22,739 bases of DNA from Gammaproteobacteria bacterium (GCA_965222155.1 CBDCTH010000003.1:1-22739), one strand, 5' to 3'. Counted from the first letter of the stretch, positions 1-7,711 are shown. The notes: a model not told the origin generated them from the letters alone. Program-made: numbers and translations.

Positions 1-1
1 G

Positions 2-193
2 TCAGGCAATCTCGCGCGATACGAGATCACGCTCTGCGAAGAAATAGAGCGCGATGACAACGACACGGTCTCTCTTCCCATCGGACGCGAGCCGTACGAC
101 GAGGACAGTGGCTACCTGCATGTCCACGGATGGCGAGTGCGCAGGTATGCTGACACGCAGGACGCAACGCATGTCGAGGAGGGAGGGATATGA
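2..193 (+). CDS. Partial (5'-truncated) acidic hypothetical protein ending ...RRYADTQDATHVEEGGI
   Basis: Frame is open from position 2 to TGA 191-193 and overlaps the next ATG (ATGA). Tail QDATHVEE also occurs at the end of ORF 2705-3004. Not in the ORF track. Confidence 0.65.
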   Translation, partial: SGNLARYEITLCEEIERDDNDTVSLPIGREPYDEDSGYLHVHGWRVRRYADTQDATHVEEGGI

Positions 194-453
194 TCTCAGA
201 GTCCATATTTTTGTTATGTGGGGACTCTTACGGCCTCAAGATCAAAGCGGCCTCCTGGGACGAGGCCATGGATAAGGCATTCATACACATGGTCGAGTCC
301 GACTATGGGGATGACGGGCAAGGGACGGAGCGGATCAGCTACAACGTGTACAAGCTGCCTGCCAGTGTGCATGGCGACTCCTACATTCCGCCGGCCGTCC
401 TGGATGGATGCGAGTCGCGGAACGGGACGTATGTCAGGGGGCGGGAGGCATGA
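190..453 (+). CDS. Small acidic protein, ASWDEA paralogue family copy A
   Basis: Motifs IKAASWDEA...ISY.VY.LPA...CES shared with the other copies; ATGA coupling at both ends. Confidence 0.8.
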   Translation: MISESIFLLCGDSYGLKIKAASWDEAMDKAFIHMVESDYGDDGQGTERISYNVYKLPASVHGDSYIPPAVLDGCESRNGTYVRGREA

Positions 454-659
454 CCTCGTCCACATTTTTTGTGAAAAGCGACTTTTGCGATTCCGCGTTC
501 AGAGCGTCCTCTTGGGACGAGGCCATGGATAGGGCAGCCGAATACGTGGCTAAATCGTACTACGGGGGTGACGAGCACGGGACGCAGCGGCCCACCTATA
601 CAATATATCGGCTGTCTGACGGATCAGACGGATGTGAGTCGCAAGAGGACGTGTTTTGA
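450..659 (+). CDS. Small acidic protein, ASWDEA family copy B (69 aa, MTSSTFFVK...)
   Basis: Start moved to ATG 450, which overlaps the stop of copy A after GGGAGGC; RASSWDEA, EHGTQR and CESQ motifs. Confidence 0.8.
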   Translation: MTSSTFFVKSDFCDSAFRASSWDEAMDRAAEYVAKSYYGGDEHGTQRPTYTIYRLSDGSDGCESQEDVF

Positions 660-689
660 GGAGAGGGGTTGGGTTCTGACATACATATC

Positions 690-696
690 TTATAAT
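690..696 (+). promoter_or_regulatory. Putative archaeal TATA box for PCNA (leaderless-type spacing)
   Basis: TTATAAT about 27 nt upstream of TTG 723. Confidence 0.45.
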
Positions 697-722
697 ACTG
701 GCTAATCTAGTAATATACAGTT

Positions 723-1457
723 TTGACATTTTCGGTAAAGACGGAAGGCTCCGACGGAATAAAGGCGGTCATGTCTGCGATCTCCACTCTGGTAGAGGAG
801 GCCACGTTTGTGGCCAATGCCGCTGGGATCACGTTCCGTGGCATGGATCCTTCACACGTGGGGCTGATAGACATTCTGTGGCCCAGTTCCGCCTTTGAGA
901 GGTATGAGTGCGACGGCGACATAAAATTTGGCGTGAGTGTAGACGAGCTCTTAAAGCTGCTCAAGCGGGCAGGCAAGAAAGACGACATTGAGATAAGCAT
1001 CTCAGAGAAAAATATGCTTTTGATATCGATGGGCAAGGACAAAAAGTATGAGATGCGGTTGATTGAGAGCTCCGTTACGGATTCGCCGCTGCCAAAGGTC
1101 ACCTTTGACGCAAGGATTGAGATTGATTCTAAGATGTTTAACAGGGTATTGGGGGATGTGCGTGTCATATCTGATTACATTGTCATATCCACGACAAAGT
1201 CGGGCGCGACATTCTCTGGGACGGGAAATATGGGTAAGGTGACAGTCGAACTGGGTGCGGATATAAAGAGTATCGAAGTAAAGACTGACTGCTCCGGGTC
1301 CTATAGCCTGGAATATCTCACTCCGTTGGTAAAGGCCGTGGGGGACACAGCCAAAATCATCACGTGTGAGTATTCAGAGGAACAGCCGCTTCGCATAGAA
1401 TTTATGATAAAGGACGTTAGAATCCACTTTTACCTGGCTCCCAGTGTAAACAACTAG
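723..1457 (+). CDS. pcn: Proliferating cell nuclear antigen (sliding clamp), archaeal type
   Basis: 244 aa with AISTLVEEATF, GMDPSHV, YSLEYL, PLRIEF and FYLAP, all typical of archaeal PCNA. Confidence 0.96.
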   Translation: MTFSVKTEGSDGIKAVMSAISTLVEEATFVANAAGITFRGMDPSHVGLIDILWPSSAFERYECDGDIKFGVSVDELLKLLKRAGKKDDIEISISEKNMLLISMGKDKKYEMRLIESSVTDSPLPKVTFDARIEIDSKMFNRVLGDVRVISDYIVISTTKSGATFSGTGNMGKVTVELGADIKSIEVKTDCSGSYSLEYLTPLVKAVGDTAKIITCEYSEEQPLRIEFMIKDVRIHFYLAPSVNN

Positions 1458-1491
1458 ATATCAGTCATGTATGTATGTACATGTTTATCTT

Positions 1492-1557
1492 TTTCTTAAT
1501 AACAATTCATAACATCTCCCACATTTCTTAATAACATTTCCCACATTTCTTAATAAC
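1492..1557. repeat. AT-rich direct repeats (TTTCTTAATAAC x3; 22-bp tandem TAACATYTCCCACATTTCTTAA x2)
   Basis: Copies at 1492, 1524 and 1546; tandem units 1510-1531 and 1532-1553. Confidence 0.85.
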
Positions 1558-1631
1558 TTTCCAAATTGCAGGCCCGTGGCATATTGCCAGATTATGATAC
1601 TATTGTCATACGCGTACAGTATATTACCGAT

Positions 1632-1746
1632 TTATTGACATTATTGACATTTATTTCTTGCTTTGTATATATTTTCGAAAAAAGAGAAAGACGTAAAACG
1701 CTAATTACAAAAAAGCATAACAAAACAACGTCAATAATGTCAATAA
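1632..1746. repeat. 17-bp perfect inverted repeat flanking an AT-rich spacer
   Basis: TTATTGACATTATTGAC (1632-1648) and GTCAATAATGTCAATAA (1730-1746); each arm is itself a tandem of TTATTGAC. Confidence 0.9.
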
Positions 1747-1807
1747 TGTTGACGTACTTGCCACAATAATATACTCACATCTACCAGGGGCCTGCAATCT
1801 TACCAGC

Positions 1808-2013
1808 CCCGGCGTACAAACAGGCGTATACTCTGACGTACAAACGCTCGGCGTATACCTGGGCCCGGCGTACAAACAGACGTATACTCTGGCGTACAAA
1901 CGCTCGGCGTATACCCGGCGTACAAATAGGCGTATACCCGGCGTACAAACAGACGTATACTCTGGCGTACAAACGCTCGGCGTATACCCGGCGTACAAAC
2001 GCCCGGCGTATAC
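1808..2013. repeat. Iteron-like tandem array, 8 units of about 22-25 bp (GGCGTACAAAC..GGCGTATAC)
   Basis: Eight CGTACAAA alternating with eight CGTATAC; no unique spacers. Confidence 0.92.
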
Positions 2014-2015
2014 AC

Positions 2016-2261
2016 CTACTTTACGCGCATAAAGTCGTCTGGTATCCTGTCAACCATCCTGACCACGTATGGATACAGTCTGGGATCCATCTCACGCACC
2101 AAGTATAGTTTTTGGCTGCGTATCCGGTTCGAGGACGTCCGGGCCCTGATCACGCCCAGCGTGCCCTCATACGCGGTGGCCAACAGCACTCCGCGATGGC
2201 CTTCGGCGCCAATGCAGAACTTGTTATCGTTCCCTTCGGGCGAGTCACGGGGGGAGATCAT
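2016..2261 (-). CDS. Hypothetical protein (81 aa, MISPRDS...)
   Basis: ATG 2261 overlaps TGA of 2258-2554; same ATGATCTC junction as the plus-strand array. Confidence 0.7.
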   Translation of the reverse strand: MISPRDSPEGNDNKFCIGAEGHRGVLLATAYEGTLGVIRARTSSNRIRSQKLYLVREMDPRLYPYVVRMVDRIPDDFMRVK

Positions 2262-2554
2262 TCCGCCCACCCCTCCAAATACGTCGCGTCCTGCGATTCG
2301 CACACATCTAGTATGTGTATCGCGACGTTACCTTGCCAGATCGGGGTCCCGGCAGGCAGCCGGTACACTGTGTAGCTGATCTGCTGCTCCTCGTATATGT
2401 CACCCGGGTGGTCGGATTCAGCCACATATTTGGCTGCTTTTTCCATGGCCTCATTCCAAGAGGCCGCTTTAATGCTGGAGCCGTAGGAGTCTGTTCGGAG
2501 AAGAAATATGGACTCATCGGCTGCGCTTGTGTGCTGTGCATGTGATTTCTGCAT
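2258..2554 (-). CDS. Small acidic protein, ASWDEA family copy C
   Basis: ESIFLL.TDSYG..IKAASWNEA...YTVYRLPAGT...CESQDAT; TATA about 25 nt upstream. Confidence 0.85.
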   Translation of the reverse strand: MQKSHAQHTSAADESIFLLRTDSYGSSIKAASWNEAMEKAAKYVAESDHPGDIYEEQQISYTVYRLPAGTPIWQGNVAIHILDVCESQDATYLEGWAE

Positions 2555-2707
2555 ACGTTCCTGTACACTGCCTGCTATATAAGGACATGTAACTTAATCT
2601 GCATAAACTGTGATACTATAGATATGGCTATAGTATCACATAGTATCACAATCTATAAATATTAAGTGACATATAGTTATATAGCAGGCAGTGTACAGGG
2701 AAATATG
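2552..2707. promoter_or_regulatory. Mirror-image divergent promoter pair (47-bp imperfect inverted repeat with 23-bp perfect core)
   Basis: 2552-2598 versus 2661-2707; core TTATATAGCAGGCAGTGTACAGG at 2677-2699 and its reverse complement at 2560-2582; each arm ends in the ATG of a paralogue. Confidence 0.85.
2609..2650. promoter_or_regulatory. 13-6-13 palindrome plus third half-site (operator or recombination site)
   Basis: TGTGATACTATAG-atatgg-CTATAGTATCACA (2609-2640), followed by a further TAGTATCACA (2641-2650). Confidence 0.7.
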
Positions 2708-3004
2708 GAAAAACTATCCAACCCGAACACGATCGTAACCGCAGAGCCCACATTTTTTGTGCGAACTGACTTTACGGGCATCACGATCAAAGCAGCCTCC
2801 TGGGACGAGGCTAAGATTAGAGCGGCCGAGTATATGGCCGAGTCCTATTACGGCGCCAACGAGCACGGGACACAGCGGATCAGATACACTGTATATCTGC
2901 TGCCCGCCGGAACCCATATCTGGAGTGAAGACTACGTATCGCCAGAGGTCCTGGAGCGATGCGAGTCGCAGGACGCGACGCATGTCGAGGAGAGAGAGGC
3001 ATGA
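2705..3004 (+). CDS. Small acidic protein, ASWDEA family copy D (99 aa)
   Basis: Start at ATG 2705, set by the mirrored promoter; IKAASWDEA, EHGTQRIRYTVYLLPAGT and CESQDATHVEEREA. Confidence 0.85.
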   Translation: MEKLSNPNTIVTAEPTFFVRTDFTGITIKAASWDEAKIRAAEYMAESYYGANEHGTQRIRYTVYLLPAGTHIWSEDYVSPEVLERCESQDATHVEEREA

Positions 3005-3180
3005 GCAAATACGCGAAAACCCTCAAGCCCTGCGACAAGTCGGATTGCCATTGCGACGGCATCGACCGGGCCGGCTGGCACGTCACCCTGGTAAAGATGG
3101 AGATGCCAAAGACTGAAGAGGGCATCCGGGGCATGGCCCGCGACTACTTCAGAGACCTCGGTATGGAGGAGGAGACATGA
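3001..3180 (+). CDS. Small Cys-containing hypothetical protein (MSKYAKTLKPC...)
   Basis: ATGA-coupled on both sides with a purine-rich SD-like run upstream. Confidence 0.7.
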   Translation: MSKYAKTLKPCDKSDCHCDGIDRAGWHVTLVKMEMPKTEEGIRGMARDYFRDLGMEEET

Positions 3181-3449
3181 TCTCTCCACAAGCAACACCA
3201 GACTGCCCTCACGGCGAGCACGAGTTCGTGTCCACCGTAGAGCACGAGGGCGGCCTGCGAGAGAATCCCGGCACCTGGGGGCACGGTGGCGCATGCGTCA
3301 TCCAGAGTCACTGCGTGCACTGCGGACTCCCGAGGACCGACGACTACTGGGACGACGCCGCCAACCAGCACGTTCCCGCTGGAATCACGTCCTACGGAGA
3401 GATCCCAGATGACTGGGATTGTGCACACACTGAGGAGGAGGAGGCATGA
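3177..3449 (+). CDS. Small acidic putative Zn-binding protein (C..H, ENPGTWGHGG, CxxCG)
   Basis: ATGA coupling; Cys/His pattern. Confidence 0.75.
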   Translation: MISPQATPDCPHGEHEFVSTVEHEGGLRENPGTWGHGGACVIQSHCVHCGLPRTDDYWDDAANQHVPAGITSYGEIPDDWDCAHTEEEEA

Positions 3450-3679
3450 TCTCTTCCTTCCACATAAGCGAAGCAAAGCCCACATTTTTTGTCGAGACCC
3501 GGCCGGATGGCTCTGGGATCCTCGCGTCCTCCTGGGAGGACGCGCTGGCCAAGGCGGCATGCAAGGGCAATCCCTATCATGAGGCCGACGATCACGGGAT
3601 GCCACGGATCAGCTACAGTGTCTACAGGATAGCTGTAGCCCTGCAAGATGGCATGCGCACAAAGGAGAGAGAGGCATGA
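3446..3679 (+). CDS. ASWDEA family copy E
   Basis: PTFFV, ASSWEDA, HG..RISYSVYR and EREA tail. Confidence 0.8.
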   Translation: MISSFHISEAKPTFFVETRPDGSGILASSWEDALAKAACKGNPYHEADDHGMPRISYSVYRIAVALQDGMRTKEREA

Positions 3680-3852
3680 TCCGTATCCACGAACAGACAA
3701 TGGCGGGATCCCGCTATCTAGTGGTCAGCGACTCTGGGCACTCCTGCAACTTCCGTGCCCTCTCCTGGGAGGGCGCGCACAGGCTCGCCATAAAATACCT
3801 GGGCGAGCACAATACACAGCCGATCCGATACTGGCTGGAGAGGGAGGCATGA
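3676..3852 (+). CDS. Divergent ASWDEA family copy F (58 aa, MIRIHEQT...RALSWEGA...IRYWLEREA)
   Basis: Translated by hand and absent from the ORF track; fills the gap exactly with ATGA overlaps at both ends. Confidence 0.75.
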   Translation: MIRIHEQTMAGSRYLVVSDSGHSCNFRALSWEGAHRLAIKYLGEHNTQPIRYWLEREA

Positions 3853-4061
3853 TCGCCAGCGCAACAACCAAGGCCCTCTATGTCGTCCTCGACGAGGCCG
3901 GTTGCGTTAGTCTATACTGGACCGCCTCCCGGGGGGAGGCACTGCGGCAGGCCGCAAAATATATCGCCGAGGGTGAATATGGTACCGACGCGTGTGACAT
4001 ACAGATGATCCGGTCCACCATATATCGGGTATCTGCCTGCCCGCAGGAGAGAGGGTATTGA
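3849..4061 (+). CDS. Divergent ASWDEA family copy G (MIASATT...ASRGEALRQAAKYIAEGEYG...IRSTIYR)
   Basis: Start moved to ATG 3849; AAKYIAE matches AAKYVAE of copy C. Confidence 0.7.
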   Translation: MIASATTKALYVVLDEAGCVSLYWTASRGEALRQAAKYIAEGEYGTDACDIQMIRSTIYRVSACPQERGY

Positions 4062-4345
4062 CCCAGATACAGTGGACGCGGTATGCCGGCACCTGGTGCC
4101 TATACGTTCCGAGAGTGTGCAACGTCGACGCGGGCGAGCAGGCGACGGTATATCGCCGTGACGGCACCGCGTCCCTGGTGCGGATCGGTCAGATCCTGGA
4201 GGACACCCCGGGATACCGCGTGCATGCGGTGGACACCGCCCCGCGACGATCCCGGTGCAGTGACTGCGGGTGTCCAATACAGGGCACATACGTGCGGTGC
4301 CGTGACTGCCACCAGGCGGCCCGTGACGAGTCGTTTGCGGATTAG
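4058..4345 (+). CDS. Hypothetical protein with C-terminal CxxC-x10-CxxC Zn finger
   Basis: TTGA overlap with the previous stop; CSDC...CRDC. Confidence 0.75.
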   Translation: MTQIQWTRYAGTWCLYVPRVCNVDAGEQATVYRRDGTASLVRIGQILEDTPGYRVHAVDTAPRRSRCSDCGCPIQGTYVRCRDCHQAARDESFAD

Positions 4346-4347
4346 CC

Positions 4348-4357
4348 TTTTTTTTTT
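4348..4357 (+). terminator. Archaeal oligo-T terminator
   Basis: T10 run 2 nt after the last stop of the small-ORF operon. Confidence 0.7.
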
Positions 4358-4423
4358 GCTTGGCCTGAGGATGTACCCGGGCGCTAATTGATATATTGCC
4401 ATCCGCGCCGATCGGTCTTAACC

Positions 4424-5059
4424 ATGATAATTGTCATTGAGGGCGGCGACCAGGCGGGCAAAAAGACCCAGTCCTTGCTGCTGTATAAAAGACTCAAGCA
4501 GCAGATGGCTACCAAGTTGTTCAGCTTCCCAGATTACACGACCCCTGTGGGCTCCAAGATCAAAGCGATACTAGATGGGAGCGGGCGGCCGGCCCCCAAA
4601 GAGATCCACCGCCTGATGGCAGAGAACAGGCGGGAGAAGCTAGTCGAGATCTCCGGCTGCCCGGAAGGCACGATACTGATCATGAACAGGTACACGCCCT
4701 CCAATATCGCTTACGGCCTGGCAAACGGCGGCCTGGATCGGGGTTTTCTTGAGGATCTTGACCGGGATATGCCAAAGCCGGATCTGGTCATACTACTAGA
4801 TATAGATCCGCAAAAGGCGTGTGACAGAAAAATGGCAAGGCGGGACATCTTCGAGAGCAATATGGAGCTTGCCGATGCCGTCAGACAGAAATATCAGGAT
4901 CTTGCACACGAGCAAAGCTGGAAGACCGTGGATGCCGTAGATACCAAGCAGGCCGTTCATAAAAAAATATTGGACATTGTTGCCCCCATACTGCATCTTT
5001 CGGACCGGCATTATGGTTTATTTACACATGACCCTACCAGAAAGGCATGCAAGCCATAA
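4424..5059 (+). CDS. tmk: Thymidylate (dTMP) kinase
   Basis: P-loop IVIEGGDQAGKKT, FPDY.TP.G, NRY..SN.AY and PDLVILLD; start moved to ATG 4424. Confidence 0.95.
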   Translation: MIIVIEGGDQAGKKTQSLLLYKRLKQQMATKLFSFPDYTTPVGSKIKAILDGSGRPAPKEIHRLMAENRREKLVEISGCPEGTILIMNRYTPSNIAYGLANGGLDRGFLEDLDRDMPKPDLVILLDIDPQKACDRKMARRDIFESNMELADAVRQKYQDLAHEQSWKTVDAVDTKQAVHKKILDIVAPILHLSDRHYGLFTHDPTRKACKP

Positions 5060-5940
5060 GTCTCTACAGCGGTGCGGGAGGCATGGATCTCGGATTCACA
5101 CAAGCCGGGGTCCACACAATCCTGGCAAATGATTCATGGAATATCGCCGCACAAACTTACCTAACGAACAGGCCTGGTGCTAACGTGCTGATAGGCGGCA
5201 TAGACCGGCACGCAACCACATTGATAGACACGGGGCGCCAAAACAGGGTTGAGATTGTGTTTGGAGGTCCACCGTGTCAAGACTTTAGCACTTTCGGCAA
5301 GAAAACTGGCGAGGGCGAGAGGGCAAACCAGACCGCCAACTTTGCGAGTGTCGCCCTCGCCATATCCCCGGATTGGATAGTGATGGAAAATGTCAACACC
5401 ATAACGTCGATCGGGAGCAGGCATATAGATATGATAAGCAAGCAGATCAAGGAGGCCGGGTACGGGATAACAGCGCAGGTGCTGAACGCGGTGGATTTTG
5501 GCGTGCCGCAGTTTCGGCGGAGATTCTTCCTGATAGCCAAGAGGAACGGGAGTGACAACGATCAAGAGTTAAAATCCCTGATAGACGGCGAGAAATGCGA
5601 CAGAAGAACGGTAAGGGATTATGATCCGTCAATAGACACGGATTACTATTACAGTCGCGGATGGAGCGGCAAGCGGGCGATATTCAGCGTGGACGAGCCA
5701 AGCCCGACCATATTAGGAGAGAACCGCCCGATACCGCCAAGTTACAAGATACACCATAACGACGCGACAGATGACTTGGGGCTGGTGCGACCACTTACCA
5801 CCGAGGAGCGCGCTTCACTACAAACCTTCCCAGAAACGTACAGGTTTATCGGCAACAAGACCGAGCGTGAACAGCAAGTGGGAAACTCAGTGCCGCCCAT
5901 GATGGCACGGGCAGTCGCCGAGGCCGTAAGGAAGCGATGA
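5047..5940 (+). CDS. DNA (cytosine-5) methyltransferase, orphan
   Basis: Motif I YSGAGG, IV GGPPCQ, VI ENV, VIII QFRRR, IX/X LQTFP and GNSVPP. Confidence 0.96.
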   Translation: MQAISLYSGAGGMDLGFTQAGVHTILANDSWNIAAQTYLTNRPGANVLIGGIDRHATTLIDTGRQNRVEIVFGGPPCQDFSTFGKKTGEGERANQTANFASVALAISPDWIVMENVNTITSIGSRHIDMISKQIKEAGYGITAQVLNAVDFGVPQFRRRFFLIAKRNGSDNDQELKSLIDGEKCDRRTVRDYDPSIDTDYYYSRGWSGKRAIFSVDEPSPTILGENRPIPPSYKIHHNDATDDLGLVRPLTTEERASLQTFPETYRFIGNKTEREQQVGNSVPPMMARAVAEAVRKR

Positions 5941-5961
5941 CATGCTCCATGGGCTGCACTC

Positions 5962-6885
5962 TTATCCATTCAGATCATGGCTTAAAATCAGAACCTCTCT
6001 TGAAGCCTTGTTGCTTGACATGCTGTAACTCCACTCTGGCTTGATCACGTGATAATCACTGTACATATCACGGATGTACGGGATGTCGTTGTATGACAGT
6101 ATCCATTTATCTCGACCATGGAGAATCTTGGCCAATCCCTCGTGATCAAACCCACGGTGCATGTTGCCGTTCTTTCCGTACAGATTGCAATTTTTGAGCG
6201 GATACGGCGGATCAAGATACAGCAATATATCCCGTGACCTGCTTATGGAGTCCTTAAAGTCCATCAATTCAACGGATATGTTTTGCACTCTAAAGTTCGT
6301 CACCCGTTCAATCGACGATTCCGTAAACCCGGGATGATTCGGCGACATCCCGCCCGAAAGCGTTATCCCCGAAAATGACGACCTGTTCAGGGCATAAAAT
6401 ATCGCGGCCCTTTCGTACTTATTATAATTTGACAGGGTTTTTTGTAATCGGTAAAAATCAGGTTTTGACAGTGGATAATACCCCCTTATGATCTCTGCCA
6501 GTTTTTTTGGGCGGTTTAGGATGCACTGCCAAAACTCTACTAACGGTTTAAAGTTGTCATAACCGTAAACACGTATACCGTGGTTTGCGCATGCCAGCTC
6601 CACTGACCCCCCTCCTAGGAACGGCGAAGCCATCTCTTGGGTATTGTCAGGAATGAAGTTAAGTATTTGCAACACGCCTTTTGATTTGCCGCCTGGGTAT
6701 CTTAACGGTGATCTGGATTTCAATTTCCCGGCCATCTGAAGTCTCATGGCATCTGTTGCACCAAGGCTACTGTATATGCGGTGGCATGCATCACATAACC
6801 ATAACAGGTGCTCGTTCGGGTAAATAAACCATGGATGGAGCCGCACGTTGCTTCGTTTGCATCTTTTGCAAGTACCGCGATTCAC
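5962..6885 (-). CDS. Dam/D12-class N6-adenine DNA methyltransferase with N-terminal Cys4 extension
   Basis: LRYPGGKS, PFLGGGS, LDPPY and LSYND; N-terminal CKRC...LCDACH. Confidence 0.93.
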   Translation of the reverse strand: MNRGTCKRCKRSNVRLHPWFIYPNEHLLWLCDACHRIYSSLGATDAMRLQMAGKLKSRSPLRYPGGKSKGVLQILNFIPDNTQEMASPFLGGGSVELACANHGIRVYGYDNFKPLVEFWQCILNRPKKLAEIIRGYYPLSKPDFYRLQKTLSNYNKYERAAIFYALNRSSFSGITLSGGMSPNHPGFTESSIERVTNFRVQNISVELMDFKDSISRSRDILLYLDPPYPLKNCNLYGKNGNMHRGFDHEGLAKILHGRDKWILSYNDIPYIRDMYSDYHVIKPEWSYSMSSNKASREVLILSHDLNG

Positions 6886-6968
6886 GGCAGCCTATCGTCC
6901 GGGTGATGAAACCATAGCTGGAGCCGCATGCAGCTTCGTTTGCGTCTTTTGCAAGTGCAGCGATTCAT
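6882..6968 (-). CDS. 28-aa mini-ORF, duplicated N-terminus of the Dam-like gene (MNRCTCKRRKRSCMRLQLWFHHPDDRLP)
   Basis: 83-bp-period tandem duplication; ATGA and GTGA overlaps at its ends. Confidence 0.5.
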   Translation of the reverse strand: MNRCTCKRRKRSCMRLQLWFHHPDDRLP

Positions 6969-7648
6969 GGAACGCGCATGCCTTTGCGTGGTATGAGCAC
7001 AGCGGAGTCAAATGCTCCCAGCCGCGCATGCAGTTGTAGTAACCACCATTTCGACTGGGACTTAAATTCTTGCACCGTGTCGGTGCCTTCTACACTGCAT
7101 AGCACGACGACCTGACTTATTTCCTTGCCCGTCAACTCCTTATACATGACGGCATATGCCGTTGCCTGTATATAATAATCGGTCATCCATCCTTCCGACT
7201 GCGGTTTCCTTTTTGTCTTATAATCCAGTATGGTGTCCTGGCCGTCGTATTTGCAGATCAGATCAGCAGTGCCTGCCATCCGGTGTACGTCTGAGTATAG
7301 TCTCATTTCAGTCCCATAAACAGTGCTAACCTTGTCTATATATGGCCGAAAATTCTTGTGATGCTGATTCACGAGCGGGCCGTATTCACAGTCCATATCC
7401 TGTGTTTTGCCTAGCAGGTATAGTTCATTCAGTTTATGGACACTTCGCCCGATCGTCCCGGCCCTGTTTTTGATACGATCCGCCTCCGCACTCCCTACGA
7501 GATCAATCCATTTCCGCAGCGAAGTCTTGGCGAACTCCGGCCTGGTGTGACTCAATATGGTCGTGATGCCCGGATATTGGTGTCCTGACGGCGTCTTATA
7601 GACGTGATCGTGCTGTCTTTTTAGAAGCGTGGGCTGCTCAAATTTCAT
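6965..7648 (-). CDS. PD-(D/E)XK phage-type exonuclease
   Basis: YPGITTILS, G..VH, AGTAD, ILDYKT and Q.TAYA; TATATATA about 25 nt upstream. Confidence 0.9.
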   Translation of the reverse strand: MKFEQPTLLKRQHDHVYKTPSGHQYPGITTILSHTRPEFAKTSLRKWIDLVGSAEADRIKNRAGTIGRSVHKLNELYLLGKTQDMDCEYGPLVNQHHKNFRPYIDKVSTVYGTEMRLYSDVHRMAGTADLICKYDGQDTILDYKTKRKPQSEGWMTDYYIQATAYAVMYKELTGKEISQVVVLCSVEGTDTVQEFKSQSKWWLLQLHARLGAFDSAVLIPRKGMRVP

Positions 7649-7711
7649 ACATTTGTATAATGTTCGTTATATATATACATATTGTTGTTAAAACTGTAAA
7701 AATTACATACA

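Noticed and set aside
1808-2013. CRISPR or mini-CRISPR array
   Set aside because: Units abut each other with no unique 25-45 bp spacers, and no cas genes are present.
1705-2015. Minus-strand ORFs with repeated peptides (YTPSVCTP, RRVYA)
   Set aside because: All three frames are open only because the tandem repeat lacks stops; no frame is preferred.
2609-2640. Protelomerase (telRL) site
   Set aside because: The palindrome is interrupted by an asymmetric 6-bp spacer, and no protelomerase gene is visible.
190-4061. Diversity-generating retroelement behind the paralogue variation
   Set aside because: No reverse transcriptase in the window; differences are not adenine-restricted and include indels.
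6965-7648. Cas4
   Set aside because: PD-(D/E)XK motifs are present, but the four-Cys Fe-S cluster pattern and CRISPR context are absent.
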